This document shows, in pieces, positions 18,673 to 27,971 of a stretch of DNA of 64,000 bases. Location: positions 480,001-544,000 of the forward strand of contig CAVZVA010000010.1 in the NCBI GenBank assembly GCA_963778655.1. The letters run 5' to 3'. How positions within the stretch are numbered: the first letter of the stretch is position 1; each line of letters starts with the position of its first letter. The notes beneath the pieces are model-generated. The model saw only the letters and a list, made by a program, of their open reading frames with translations, did no database searches and was not told the DNA's origin. The translations under genes were made by a program, and so were the position numbers. This stretch comes from an uncultured delta proteobacterium (GTDB lineage Bacteria; Myxococcota_A; Polyangia; Polyangiales; JAFGIB01).

Positions 18673-18780
18673 TTCACGCCCCGGGCGCCACTAAGGTTGG
18701 TGTTCTCGAGAAATATCGAGGGGTTGGCAGCCGCCATGGCGGCTGTATTCGTTTCCAACTAGATACCCCAGGCAAGCGCC

Positions 18781-20445
18781 GTGACTGTAGTCCTGTACGA
18801 TACCAGCCTGCGCGACGGAACCCAGGGCGAGGGCATCCAGCTCTCGGTCAGCGATAAGCTGATGATCGCGCAACTGATTGACGGGCTTGGTATTTCCTAT
18901 ATCGAGGGCGGCCACCCTGGGTCGAATCCACGCGACGAGAGCTTCTTCGAGCAGGCGCGCCGGCTCAAGCTCAACAACGCCAAGCTGGTCGCCTTTGGCT
19001 CGACGCGCCGAGCCGGTATCAACTGCGAACAGGACGCCAACCTGCAGGCCCTGCTGCGGGCCGAAGTCTCCTGCCTGACGATTTTCGGCAAGAGCTGGCG
19101 CTTCCAGGCGACCGAAGCACTGCGCATCAGCCCGGAGCAGAACCTGGAGCTGATCGAGGACTCGGTGCGCTACCTCAAGCAGCACGTCGACGAGGTGATC
19201 TTCGACGCCGAGCACTTCTTCGACGGTTTCAAGGACGATCCGCAGTACGCGCTTGCGTCGCTACAGGCGGCGGCACGCGCAGGCGCCGCGTATCTCGCAC
19301 TGTGCGACACCAACGGCGGTTGCCTGCCCGAGGAGATCGAGGCCGGCGTACGCGCCGCGCTGCAGGCAGTGGGCTCGGTGCCGGTGGGCATCCACACCCA
19401 CAACGACAGCGAGCTCGCGGTGGCCAACACGCTGCGCGCGGTGCGCGCGGGCGCGCGCATGGTCCAGGGCACGATCAACGGTTATGGCGAGCGCTGCGGC
19501 AATGCCAACCTGGTCTCGATCATCCCGGCGCTGCGCTTGAAGATGGCCCTGCCGTGCGTGAGTGACGAGCAGCTCAAGACCTTGCGCCAGGTCGCGCGCA
19601 CGGTCGACGAGATCAGCAACCGCGCACCCTGGTCGGCGCAGCCGTACGTGGGGCAGAGCGCGTTCGCGCACAAGGGCGGCATGCACGTCGACGCGATCAA
19701 GAAAAACAGCCGCACCTACGAGCACGTCGATCCGGAGCTGGTGGGCAACCACCGCCGCATTCTGCTCTCCGACCTGTCGGGCCGCGCCAACGTCGAGCTC
19801 AAGGCCAAGGAGCTTGGCATCGAGCTCGACCCGAAGTCGCCCGAGGCGCGCAAGATCCTCGAGCGACTCAAGCAGCTCGAAGCCGACGGCTATCAGTTCG
19901 AGAGCGCGGGTGCCTCGTTCAAGCTGTTCATGATGGAGTGCCTGGGACGGCGGCCGAAGTACTTCAGCCTGCGCGACCTGGAGGTGCAGATCGCGTTCGG
20001 CGACGAGGGCAACGGGCACGGCGGCGGCGAAAAAGACGCGACGCGCGTACGGATCGAGATCGGCGTCGGCGACGAGGCCGCGTACACCTCCGCGCGCGGC
20101 GACGGTCCCGTGCACGCGATGGACGTGGGGCTGCGCAGCTTGATCGACCGCTTCTACCCGCAGCTCGAAGCGGTGAGGCTGGTCGATTACAAAGTGCGCG
20201 TGCTCTCCAGCGGCGAGGGCACGGGCTCGGTCGTGCGCGTGCTGATCGAGTCGAGCGACGGCGACGAGACCTGGGGCACGGTCGGCGTGAGCCCCAACAT
20301 CATCCACGCCAGCTGGAACGCGATGGTGGACGCGCTCGACTACAAGCTGGTCAAGGACGGCGTGGCGCCCTATGCCGCCACGCCCGCGCCGGCGACGGCG
20401 CGACCCGCGGCGCGAGCGCGGGTGGCCGAAGAGGCAAAGCGCTGA
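18781..20445 (+). CDS. cimA: Citramalate synthase (2-isopropylmalate synthase family)
   Basis: YDTSLRDGTQGEG, IEGGHPGSNP, FGKSW, FDAEHFFDGFK, GIHTHND, AFAHKGGMH, DYKVRVL, WGTVGVSPNII. Confidence 0.92.
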   Translation: MTVVLYDTSLRDGTQGEGIQLSVSDKLMIAQLIDGLGISYIEGGHPGSNPRDESFFEQARRLKLNNAKLVAFGSTRRAGINCEQDANLQALLRAEVSCLTIFGKSWRFQATEALRISPEQNLELIEDSVRYLKQHVDEVIFDAEHFFDGFKDDPQYALASLQAAARAGAAYLALCDTNGGCLPEEIEAGVRAALQAVGSVPVGIHTHNDSELAVANTLRAVRAGARMVQGTINGYGERCGNANLVSIIPALRLKMALPCVSDEQLKTLRQVARTVDEISNRAPWSAQPYVGQSAFAHKGGMHVDAIKKNSRTYEHVDPELVGNHRRILLSDLSGRANVELKAKELGIELDPKSPEARKILERLKQLEADGYQFESAGASFKLFMMECLGRRPKYFSLRDLEVQIAFGDEGNGHGGGEKDATRVRIEIGVGDEAAYTSARGDGPVHAMDVGLRSLIDRFYPQLEAVRLVDYKVRVLSSGEGTGSVVRVLIESSDGDETWGTVGVSPNIIHASWNAMVDALDYKLVKDGVAPYAATPAPATARPAARARVAEEAKR

Positions 20446-20492
20446 GTCCGTGCAGCGACGGCGGACGGGGAGCACTGAAAGGACTGACGGTG

Positions 20493-22040
20493 ATGGCTGC
20501 GAGCAACGACAACCACGTACGCATCTTCGACACCACTTTGCGCGATGGAGAGCAGTCGCCCGGCGCCACCATGACGCTCGAGGAGAAGCTCCGTATCGCA
20601 AAGCGGCTCGAAGACCTCGGCGTGGACGTGATCGAAGCCGGTTTCCCGGCCGCCTCGCCTGGCGAGCTGGAATCGGTGCGCGAGATCGCCGCCGTGGTGG
20701 AGCGCAGCGAGGTGGCCGCGCTGTGCCGCACGCGCGAGCCCGACATCGAGGCGGGCTTCAAGGCGGTCTCGGCGGCGAAGCTGCCGCGCCTGCACGTGTT
20801 CATCGCGACCAGCAAGCTGCACATGGAGCACAAGCTCAAGCTCGCTCCCGATCAGGTGCTGGAAGAGGTGCGGCGCGGCGTCGCGCACTGCGCCTCGTTG
20901 TGCAACAGCGTGGAGTTCTCGGCCGAGGACGCCACGCGTACCGAGCTCTCGTTCCTGAAGGAAGTGTTCGCTTGCGCGGTGGAGAACGGCGCGAGCGTGG
21001 TCAACATCCCGGACACGGTCGGCTACACCATGCCGCAGGAGTACACGCGCATCGTGCAGGAGATCCGCGCGGTGGTCGGCCCCAGCGTGGTGATCTCCAC
21101 GCACTGCCACAACGACCTGGGGCTGGCGGTGGCGAACTCGCTGGCGGCCGTGGCGGCGGGCGCGCGCCAGGTGGAGTGCTGCATCAACGGCATCGGCGAA
21201 CGCGCGGGCAACGCGGCGCTCGAGGAGATCGTGATGGCGTTGCGGGTGCGCCGTGACCTGCTCGGTTGCGACACGCGCATCGACACCCGCCAGCTGATGA
21301 CCACCAGTCGTCTGGTCAGCCAGATCACCGGCTTGCACGTGCAGGCGAGCAAGCCGATCGTGGGGCGCAACGCCTTCGCGCACGAGGCGGGCATCCACCA
21401 GCACGGCGTGCTCAAGGACCGCCGCACCTACGAGATCATGCGGCCAGAGGACGTGGGTCTGACCGAGTCGAAGATCGTGCTCGGCAAGCACAGCGGGCGG
21501 CACGCGCTGCAGAAGCGGCTGGAGGAGCTGGGCTTCGCGATGAGCAAGACTCAGCTCGACAAGGTGTTCGAGCGCTTCAAGCAGCTCGCCGACAAGAAGA
21601 AGAACATCTACGACGAGGATCTGACCGCGCTGGTGGCCGACGACGTGTTCGACATGCCATTGTGCTACGAGCTGAAGTCGGTCGAGGTGCGAGCCGGCAC
21701 CGCCACCGTGCCTTGGGCCAGGGTCTGCTTGACCTACGAGGGCGCGGACCACGTGTGCGAGGCCACCGGCAACGGGCCAGTCAACGCGGCGATCGAGGCG
21801 CTCAAGCAATGCGCCGGCAACCCGGACATCAAGCTCGAGGAGTTTCACATCGACGCGATCAGCGGCGGCTCCGACGCCCAGGGCAGCGTGCGCTTGAGCA
21901 TCGAGGACGGCGGCGTTGTCTCGCACGGACGCGCCACGCACATGGACGTGGTGATGGCGAGCGCGCAGGCCTTCGTGGCCGCGCTCAACCACCGCGCATT
22001 CCAGCTCGAGCTCCATAGGCGGCAGGCAGCCAGCGCCTAG
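20493..22040 (+). CDS. leuA: 2-isopropylmalate synthase
   Basis: IFDTTLRDGEQSPG, EFSAEDATR, NIPDTVGY, HCHNDLGLAVANSL, GERAGN, FAHEAGIHQHG, LGKHSGRH, GNGPVNA. Confidence 0.96.
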   Translation: MAASNDNHVRIFDTTLRDGEQSPGATMTLEEKLRIAKRLEDLGVDVIEAGFPAASPGELESVREIAAVVERSEVAALCRTREPDIEAGFKAVSAAKLPRLHVFIATSKLHMEHKLKLAPDQVLEEVRRGVAHCASLCNSVEFSAEDATRTELSFLKEVFACAVENGASVVNIPDTVGYTMPQEYTRIVQEIRAVVGPSVVISTHCHNDLGLAVANSLAAVAAGARQVECCINGIGERAGNAALEEIVMALRVRRDLLGCDTRIDTRQLMTTSRLVSQITGLHVQASKPIVGRNAFAHEAGIHQHGVLKDRRTYEIMRPEDVGLTESKIVLGKHSGRHALQKRLEELGFAMSKTQLDKVFERFKQLADKKKNIYDEDLTALVADDVFDMPLCYELKSVEVRAGTATVPWARVCLTYEGADHVCEATGNGPVNAAIEALKQCAGNPDIKLEEFHIDAISGGSDAQGSVRLSIEDGGVVSHGRATHMDVVMASAQAFVAALNHRAFQLELHRRQAASA

Positions 22041-22170
22041 ATGAGTCGAAGTTTTCCTCGCTTGCGACTGGCACGCATCTACGCCCCGCGGACCCCGGAC
22101 CCGGCAAGCCTGAGCTCGGTGGTGGTCCCTGGCGCAGCTGCTACCCGCCGGGCCGAGGTCGGGGGTACGG

Positions 22171-23061
22171 ATGAAGCGCGCGCGCATCGGGTTCTTTGCC
22201 GGGCTCGGATATCCGTTGCGCGGGGCGCGCTTCGTGTACCGCGAGCATCGAGGGCTCGCGCGGCTGTGGGTGCCGCCGATCGTGCTCACCGCTGCGGCGC
22301 TCGCGGGCGCGGCCTGGGCGGGGTGGCACTTTCGCGCACAAGCCGTCGACGCGCTGTGGGCGCCGCCCCAAGGCACCGGCTGGCTGGCGAGCTTCGAGCG
22401 CGAGCTGCACAGCCTGCTCGAGTGGGTGATGGCGGTGGTGCTCTGGGTCACGGGGTTGGTGGCAGTAGCGCTGGGCACCAGCGTGATCGCGGCGCCGTTC
22501 AACGACGGGCTCAGCGCAGCCGTGGAACGGCTGTATTTCAATGACCGGGAGGATCACGCGACCCTCCCGCCCGCCGGCCAAGCCCCGGCGGGACCCACCC
22601 TCCCGCGGAGCTCGCTGCGCCCGCGCGCGCGCGGCGAACCTTCGCACGCCGGGCACCCGACGCCCCCGCCCGTCGGTGTGCTGCGCAGCGTGGCGCAGGG
22701 CGTAGGCCTCGAGCTGCGCAAGCTCGCGCTGTACGCCGTGGTGATGGGACCGCTGTTCGTGCTCAGCCTGGCGTTGCCCAGCGTGCTCACCCTGGTCGAC
22801 TCCGCGGTGGGGTTTGGCTTCACGGCGCTGTTTCTCGCGCTCGACTACACGGACTGGCCGGCCTCGCGCCGCGGGCTGCCGCCGCGCGTGCGGCTCGGCA
22901 TGGCGCGAGCGCACCCGCGGGCCCTGCTGGGCCTGGGGCTCGGCATTTGGGTGCTGCTGTTCGTGCCGCTGCTCAACCTGCTATTCATGCCGGCGGCCGT
23001 GGCCGGCGCCACCCTGTTGTTCTGCGATCTGTACGGGCCCGCAAAGCCGCCCTCGCGCTAG
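22171..23061 (+). CDS. EI24/CysZ-like membrane protein
   Basis: GFFAGLGYPLRGARF, IAAPFNDGLSAAVE, FLALDYTDWP, VPLLNLLFMPAAVAGATLL. Confidence 0.8.
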   Translation: MKRARIGFFAGLGYPLRGARFVYREHRGLARLWVPPIVLTAAALAGAAWAGWHFRAQAVDALWAPPQGTGWLASFERELHSLLEWVMAVVLWVTGLVAVALGTSVIAAPFNDGLSAAVERLYFNDREDHATLPPAGQAPAGPTLPRSSLRPRARGEPSHAGHPTPPPVGVLRSVAQGVGLELRKLALYAVVMGPLFVLSLALPSVLTLVDSAVGFGFTALFLALDYTDWPASRRGLPPRVRLGMARAHPRALLGLGLGIWVLLFVPLLNLLFMPAAVAGATLLFCDLYGPAKPPSR

Positions 23062-23115
23062 CCAGGCCGCGCGGTTGCCCTCGCGCGTCGTTTTGGGGGA
23101 CACTCGTCCGATCTC

Positions 23116-24621
23116 ATGGCGAGTCCGATCGAGGCAGCCGCAGCACCGAGGCGGCAGTGGCTGCAGATCATTGGGCGGGCGATCGCGAGCCCGGCCTGCG
23201 TGGGCGCGTGCTTTTTCGCCCTGTACTTGAGCAGCGGCGCGCTCGTTCCCGGCGACGACATGCGGCCGACGGTCTTCGTGCCGCGCGCATGGATGCGAGA
23301 TCACGCGCTCACCTTCTCGCCGGCCGACTATCCCTTCATGTTCCGCTGGCTACGGCTCGGGCCCGCAGGTCCCGAGCGCTTTTCACCGCTCGACCGCGCA
23401 CAGCTCGCGGGCGCTGTCAGCGAAGGGCCGGTGCGCCTGGTCGGTCCGAAGTACTACGTGGTACCGACCCACGTCGCGGGCGCATACGCCAGCATCTTCG
23501 GGCCGCTGCCGGGATTGCTCGCGGTGCCGTCGGTGGCCCTGCTCGCGCTATTCGATCCGGCCGGCGCGTTTGCACCCGAGCGCCTCGCCCAGTGTGCGCG
23601 CTGGACCGCCGCGCTGCTGGCAGCCGCCACGGTGATGTTGGTGTACATGCTGGCGGCGGCGCGCCTGTCACGTGGGCGCGCGCTGCTGGCGGCGCTGGTG
23701 CTGGGCGCCGGAACTTCGCTGTGGAGCACGACCAGTCAGGGGCTGCTGCAGCACGGCCCGTGCACGCTGGGCATCGTGCTGGCGATCTTCGCGCTGTGGA
23801 CCCCCACGCCCTCGCTCTCCACCGCGCGCTTGATCGGGGCCGGCGCCGCGCTCGGTCTGGCGGTGTGCGCGCGACCCACCGCCCTCGTGCTGGCGCTCGC
23901 CTTGCTCGGCTACACAGGCGTGCGGTATCGCGGGCGCGTGCTCGCGCTCGTGCTGGGTGCGCTGCCCTTCGCGCTCGCGCTGGGCGTCTACAACGATGTG
24001 CTGTTCGGCGCCCCCTGGACCAGCGCCCAGACATTGGTCGACCGCGAGCTGTTGCTCCACACGGTGCGGACCACGGAGCTCTGGAGCACCCCGCTGGCGC
24101 TCGGAGCCGCTGGTCTGATCGCCAGCCCGGGCCGTGGCCTGCTGGTGTATTCGCCCTGCGTCGCATGGGCTGCGGTCGGGCTGGCAGCTTCGCGCGGCGA
24201 GGAGCGCGTGCGCCTGGGCGTGCTGGCGTGCGCCACGCTCGGCATGTGGGGCCTTGCGTTCAAGTGGTACGACTGGTGGGGCGGCTGGTGTTACGGATAT
24301 CGGCCACTGGTCGACACGCTGCCGCTGCTCTTGCTGTGCATGCTACCGGCCCTGGAGAAGCTGCGCTTACGCAGTGTTCAGGCCACGGTCTTCGGCGTGG
24401 CGCTGGCGTGGTCGATCGGCGTTCAGGCGCTCGGCGCCTTCGCCTACGAGCCGCTGGGCTGGAACGCCAAGCACGGCCAGGACATCAACGCACCCGAGCA
24501 CCGCAAGCGCTTGTGGGACTGGAGCGATGGCCCGATCATCCATTACGCCAGGCACTTCTCCGCCGCGCGCGCGCTGCGGCTGCGGCTGGCCGGGCTGTGG
24601 GTGAAGGATCCGCGGATTTGA
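23116..24621 (+). CDS. Polytopic membrane protein, GT-C-type glycosyltransferase-like
   Basis: Many TM segments; LWSTTSQGLLQHG, VCARPT, YNDVLFGAP, SPGRGLLVYSP, WWGGWCYGYRPLVD. Confidence 0.7.
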   Translation: MASPIEAAAAPRRQWLQIIGRAIASPACVGACFFALYLSSGALVPGDDMRPTVFVPRAWMRDHALTFSPADYPFMFRWLRLGPAGPERFSPLDRAQLAGAVSEGPVRLVGPKYYVVPTHVAGAYASIFGPLPGLLAVPSVALLALFDPAGAFAPERLAQCARWTAALLAAATVMLVYMLAAARLSRGRALLAALVLGAGTSLWSTTSQGLLQHGPCTLGIVLAIFALWTPTPSLSTARLIGAGAALGLAVCARPTALVLALALLGYTGVRYRGRVLALVLGALPFALALGVYNDVLFGAPWTSAQTLVDRELLLHTVRTTELWSTPLALGAAGLIASPGRGLLVYSPCVAWAAVGLAASRGEERVRLGVLACATLGMWGLAFKWYDWWGGWCYGYRPLVDTLPLLLLCMLPALEKLRLRSVQATVFGVALAWSIGVQALGAFAYEPLGWNAKHGQDINAPEHRKRLWDWSDGPIIHYARHFSAARALRLRLAGLWVKDPRI

Positions 24622-24758
24622 TTCCGAGAGGATGCCGCCTTGGCACATCGACCCGGCATCAGCCGGCACGCGGGCAGCCCAAGCCGGGCAGCGACCCCCG
24701 ATTGCGCGCCGGGCGTGGGCCTGATAAGCGGCAGGGCACAGTCAAGGAGGAGCCTCAC

Positions 24759-25844
24759 GTGAGCAAGCTCGACGTACTGGTGTTGCCGGGAGACGGGATC
24801 GGACCCGAGGTGACGGCCCAGGGCATCCGGGTGCTCGAGCTGACCTGCAAGCGGGGCGCGATCGCCCTCGGCCTGGAGCAGGGCCCGTTCGGCGGCGCCA
24901 GCATCGACCAGCACGGCGAGCCGATCACCACCGCGATGCTCGACCGTGCGCGCCAGGCCGACGGCGTGCTGCTGGGCGCCTGCGGCGGGCCCAAGTGGGA
25001 CGCGCTCCCGACCGAGCGACGGCCCGAGAAAGGCCTGCTCGCGCTGCGCGAGCACATGGAGGTGTTCGCCAACCTGCGGCCGGCCAAGCTGTTCGCTGCG
25101 CTGGCCGAGGCCAGCCCGCTCAAGGCCGAGCGCGCCCAGGGCTTCGATTTCGTGGTGGTGCGGGAGCTGGTGGGCGGGCTGTACTTCGGCAAGCCGCGCT
25201 TCATCGAGGGCGACAAGGGCAAGCGCAGGGGCGTCAACACGCTCACCTATACCGAGGACGAGATCCGGCGCATCGGCCGCGTCGCGTTCGAGACCGCACG
25301 CGGCCGCAACAAGAAGCTCACCAGCGTGGACAAGGCCAACGTGCTCGAGGTGATGGCGCTGTGGCGCGAGGTGATGACGGAGCTCGGCAAGGAATACCCA
25401 GACGTCAAGCTCGAGCACCTGTACGTGGACAACTGCGCGATGCAGCTGATCCTGCGGCCCACGGAGTTCGACGTGCTGGTCACCGAGAACATGTTCGGCG
25501 ACATCCTCTCGGACCTGGCGGCCGCAGCGACCGGGTCGATCGGTTTGCTGCCCTCGGCTGCGCTGGGCGAGAAGTGCGCGCTGTACGAGCCGGTGCACGG
25601 CTCGGCACCCGACATCGCAGGCCAGGACAAGGCCAACCCGCTGGCCGCCATCATGACCATCGCGATGCTGCTCGAGCACAGCGCCAAGCGCGGCGATCTC
25701 GCGCGCGCGGTGTACGAGGCGGTGGAAGCCGTGCTCGCGGCCGGCCTGCGCACCGCCGACCTGGCGCGCCCGGGCGAGCGCGCCATCGGCACCCGTGCGA
25801 TGGGCGATGCAGTGCTGGCCGAGGTCGAGCGCCGCCTGGGCTGA
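24759..25844 (+). CDS. leuB: 3-isopropylmalate dehydrogenase
   Basis: AGGAGG RBS, GTG start; LPGDGIGPEV, RPEKGLLALR, VRELVGGLYFG, VDKANVL, NMFGDILSD, YEPVHGSAPDIAG. Confidence 0.97.
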   Translation: MSKLDVLVLPGDGIGPEVTAQGIRVLELTCKRGAIALGLEQGPFGGASIDQHGEPITTAMLDRARQADGVLLGACGGPKWDALPTERRPEKGLLALREHMEVFANLRPAKLFAALAEASPLKAERAQGFDFVVVRELVGGLYFGKPRFIEGDKGKRRGVNTLTYTEDEIRRIGRVAFETARGRNKKLTSVDKANVLEVMALWREVMTELGKEYPDVKLEHLYVDNCAMQLILRPTEFDVLVTENMFGDILSDLAAAATGSIGLLPSAALGEKCALYEPVHGSAPDIAGQDKANPLAAIMTIAMLLEHSAKRGDLARAVYEAVEAVLAAGLRTADLARPGERAIGTRAMGDAVLAEVERRLG

Positions 25845-25883
25845 TCGCCCCGCTCGGATTCAGGCCTGCCGTGGGATTCAGCC

Positions 25884-26228
25884 CTACGGGGGCGGCAGCG
25901 TGAGCATGGGCGTGAGCCGCACGATCTGCTTGTGGCCCTCGGCGTCGATGATGGACAGGCTGCACAGCCGGCCGTGCTCTTCCTCGATCTGGATCTCCGA
26001 CGGCGCGGCAATGCGGTGGTGCAAGTCCTCCGAGCTGATGGTCAGCACGTCGTCGTGTGGGTCGTAGCTGATCGCCGCTAGGCTCAGATGCTCGGCCTCG
26101 AGCTGCGAGCCGAGGTCGAGACCGGTCACGCCGATCTCGGCCCGGGTCGCAACCAGATGCTTGGACAGGCGGTCGAAATACTCCCGCCATGTGCTGCGAT
26201 CGAGCATGCGGGTGGGCATGAGACGCAT
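25884..26228 (-). CDS. DUF5335-like small protein
   Basis: WREYFDRLSK...DLGSQLEAEHLSLAAISYDPHDD...LHHRIAAP pattern. The start may be 26228 or 26219. Confidence 0.7.
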   Translation of the reverse strand: MRLMPTRMLDRSTWREYFDRLSKHLVATRAEIGVTGLDLGSQLEAEHLSLAAISYDPHDDVLTISSEDLHHRIAAPSEIQIEEEHGRLCSLSIIDAEGHKQIVRLTPMLTLPPP

Positions 26229-26255
26229 CCTCGCAGAACCGTTACACCCTGCCTA

Positions 26256-26420
26256 GAGCACCGAACATATTGAAACGTGTGCGAAGTCGGGGTCATGGCG
26301 GGATGCAGGGTACGGGCGGGAGCCCGAAGGCGTAGTCCATCCTACGTCGAGCGGGCAGCGCGCGTGCCCTGCGCCCGCGAGGGCGCCGAAATCGTGCGTG
26401 TTTCAATATGTTCGGTACTC
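26256..26420 (-). mobile_element. MITE, copy 2 (inverted relative to 6324-6488)
   Basis: ctagagcaccgaacatattgaaac ... gtttcaatatgttcggtactctag (26253-26423); the interior is the reverse complement of copy 1 with a few substitutions. Confidence 0.88.
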
Positions 26421-26467
26421 TAGGAGCTAAGCACGGTCGAGGCCGCAGCAAGCCCGTAGCGTACGGC

Positions 26468-26704
26468 TCAGTCGTTCGTCGCCCCGGCCGAGATCCAGGC
26501 CCGAATGGTGGCGGTGCCGCTGAGCGCGGCCTTGCCCTGAGGCATGGCCGGGGCGCAGCCACCGCTGTGCTCGAGCGCCTGCACCAGCACGCTCGCATCC
26601 AGATTGCCTGCAACCACGCGCTGTTGCCCGCGGCAGTTGCGTGAGCTCGCACCCACGAGGTTGGTGTAGGCGGTCGCCTCGCGAGCACGCACCTTTGCTG
26701 CCAC
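26468..26704 (-). pseudogene. Fragment resembling the C-terminal half of a planctomycete-type cytochrome c domain
   Basis: AYTNLVG...RVVAGNLDASVLVQAL...CAPAMP...IRAWISAGATND; no CxxCH and no signal peptide upstream in frame. Confidence 0.45.
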
Positions 26705-26760
26705 GTGCTCGAGCTGGAAACGCCGCTGCGCAGCCGTGCTGCACAGCGCGTGGCGAATGA

Positions 26761-27591
26761 TCAGGCGAACGTCATCTTGCCCTGATCGAGCACCACGTCC
26801 CCGCGATCATTGGTGGTCTGGAAGATGCACACCGAGCCGTCGACCCACATCGAGATGGTCAGCGTCTCACCCGGAAACACGGGCTTGGAAAAGCGCCCCT
26901 CCATCGACTTGAAGCGCGCCGGGTCGGAGCCGCACAGCGTGTGCAGCAACGCGCGGCCGGTGAAGCCGTAGGTACAGAGCCCGTGCAGAATGGGCCGTGG
27001 AAAGCCCGCCATCTTCGCGAACTCCGGATCGCTGTGGAGCGGATTGCGATCGCCGCTGAGCCGGTAGAGCAGCGCCTGCTCGGGCGCGGTCTTGTAGCTC
27101 ACGCTGTGGTCGGGCTTGCGGTCGGGCGGCACGTTGACCGGACCGGAAGGCCCGCGCTCGCCGCCGAACCCGCCGGCGCCACGGATGAACGCCGCCGAGC
27201 GCGTCTTGAACAGCGGCTCGCCGCTCTTGGCGTCGACTGCGGTGCTCTCGGTGACCACAACCGCGCCCTTGCCCTTGTCGTAGACGGCGACGATCTTGCC
27301 CGTCGCCTTGAGTGTGCCCTCGGCCGGCAGGGGGCGCGCCAGCTCCACCGCCTGTTCGCCGTGCACCAGCATCGCGGGGTTGAAGCTGCCGATCTTCTGC
27401 ATCGGCACCGCGCCCCGTGCGCCCAGCACCACCGGCATGGTGGGCAGCACCTGCTGCTTCTTTTCGGTGGTGAACTGCAGCTCGTCCAGGCCGGCGCCCA
27501 CGCCCAGCGCGTACAAGAGGCAGTCCTTGCTGGTCCAACTCCGCTCGACCGGTCCGCCGGTCGCGCCCACTGCACTCGGATCGATCGCCAT
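26761..27591 (-). CDS. MaoC-family (R)-specific enoyl-CoA hydratase (double hot-dog)
   Basis: LLYALGVGA, LVHGEQ, ALLYRLSGDRNPLHSDP, PILHGLCTYG, RFSKPVFPGETL; GGAGGAGG RBS. Confidence 0.93.
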   Translation of the reverse strand: MAIDPSAVGATGGPVERSWTSKDCLLYALGVGAGLDELQFTTEKKQQVLPTMPVVLGARGAVPMQKIGSFNPAMLVHGEQAVELARPLPAEGTLKATGKIVAVYDKGKGAVVVTESTAVDAKSGEPLFKTRSAAFIRGAGGFGGERGPSGPVNVPPDRKPDHSVSYKTAPEQALLYRLSGDRNPLHSDPEFAKMAGFPRPILHGLCTYGFTGRALLHTLCGSDPARFKSMEGRFSKPVFPGETLTISMWVDGSVCIFQTTNDRGDVVLDQGKMTFA

Positions 27592-27730
27592 TGCGTCCTC
27601 CTCCTGGCCAGGCTCAGGTAGGCAGGCAAAATGCGCCAGCCTTGAATCCAATTCAACCCCCGGGAACGCCCCCAGCGTTTATCGGCGCACGCTGCGATGC
27701 TGGAGCGTAGCGACCCCCGGGAGGGTGGGG

Positions 27731-27777
27731 CCCCAACGGGCTCGCCGGTGGGGCGGGAGGGGCGCGTGCCCCTCCCG
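27731..27777. repeat. REP-like tandem GC hairpins
   Basis: ccccaacgg-gctcg-ccggtgggg (27731-27753) and the perfect stem cgggaggggc-gcgt-gcccctcccg (27754-27777). Confidence 0.55.
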
Positions 27778-27783
27778 GTAACC

Positions 27784-27879
27784 AAATCAGAGCTCGCGGT
27801 TCGGGATCGAATCACAAACTCTGATTTCTCCTTTGATTGTCAGGGAGTCGCGCCGACTCCCTGTGCGCGGGGCAAAGCC
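27784..27879 (-). repeat. 96-bp palindromic dispersed repeat (family B), copy 2
   Basis: Reverse complement of 6613-6708; outer stem aaatcagag...ctctgattt and hairpin cagggagtcg/cgactccctg. Confidence 0.88.
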
Positions 27880-27899
27880 TCGCGCATTCACCCTCTCGC

Positions 27900-27971
27900 G
27901 GTGGTGCGGCATCCGCCGCACCACCAAATGACCGATCGGCATGGCCGTTCCCGAATCGTGATCGGTCATTT
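27900..27971 (+). repeat. Double hairpin, divergent relative of repeat family B
   Basis: Perfect 10-bp stem ggtggtgcgg/ccgcaccacc followed by perfect 12-bp stem aaatgaccgatc/gatcggtcattt. Confidence 0.7.

Noticed and set aside
22947..25844. Apparent 965-aa LeuB fusion
   Set aside because: The N-terminal 600 aa is an off-frame read of the membrane gene. LeuB has its own AGGAGG and GTG at 24759.
27784..27971. Palindromes as integron attC sites or a CRISPR array
   Set aside because: There are no RYYYAAC/GTTRRRY ends, no regular repeat-spacer period, and no integrase or cas genes.
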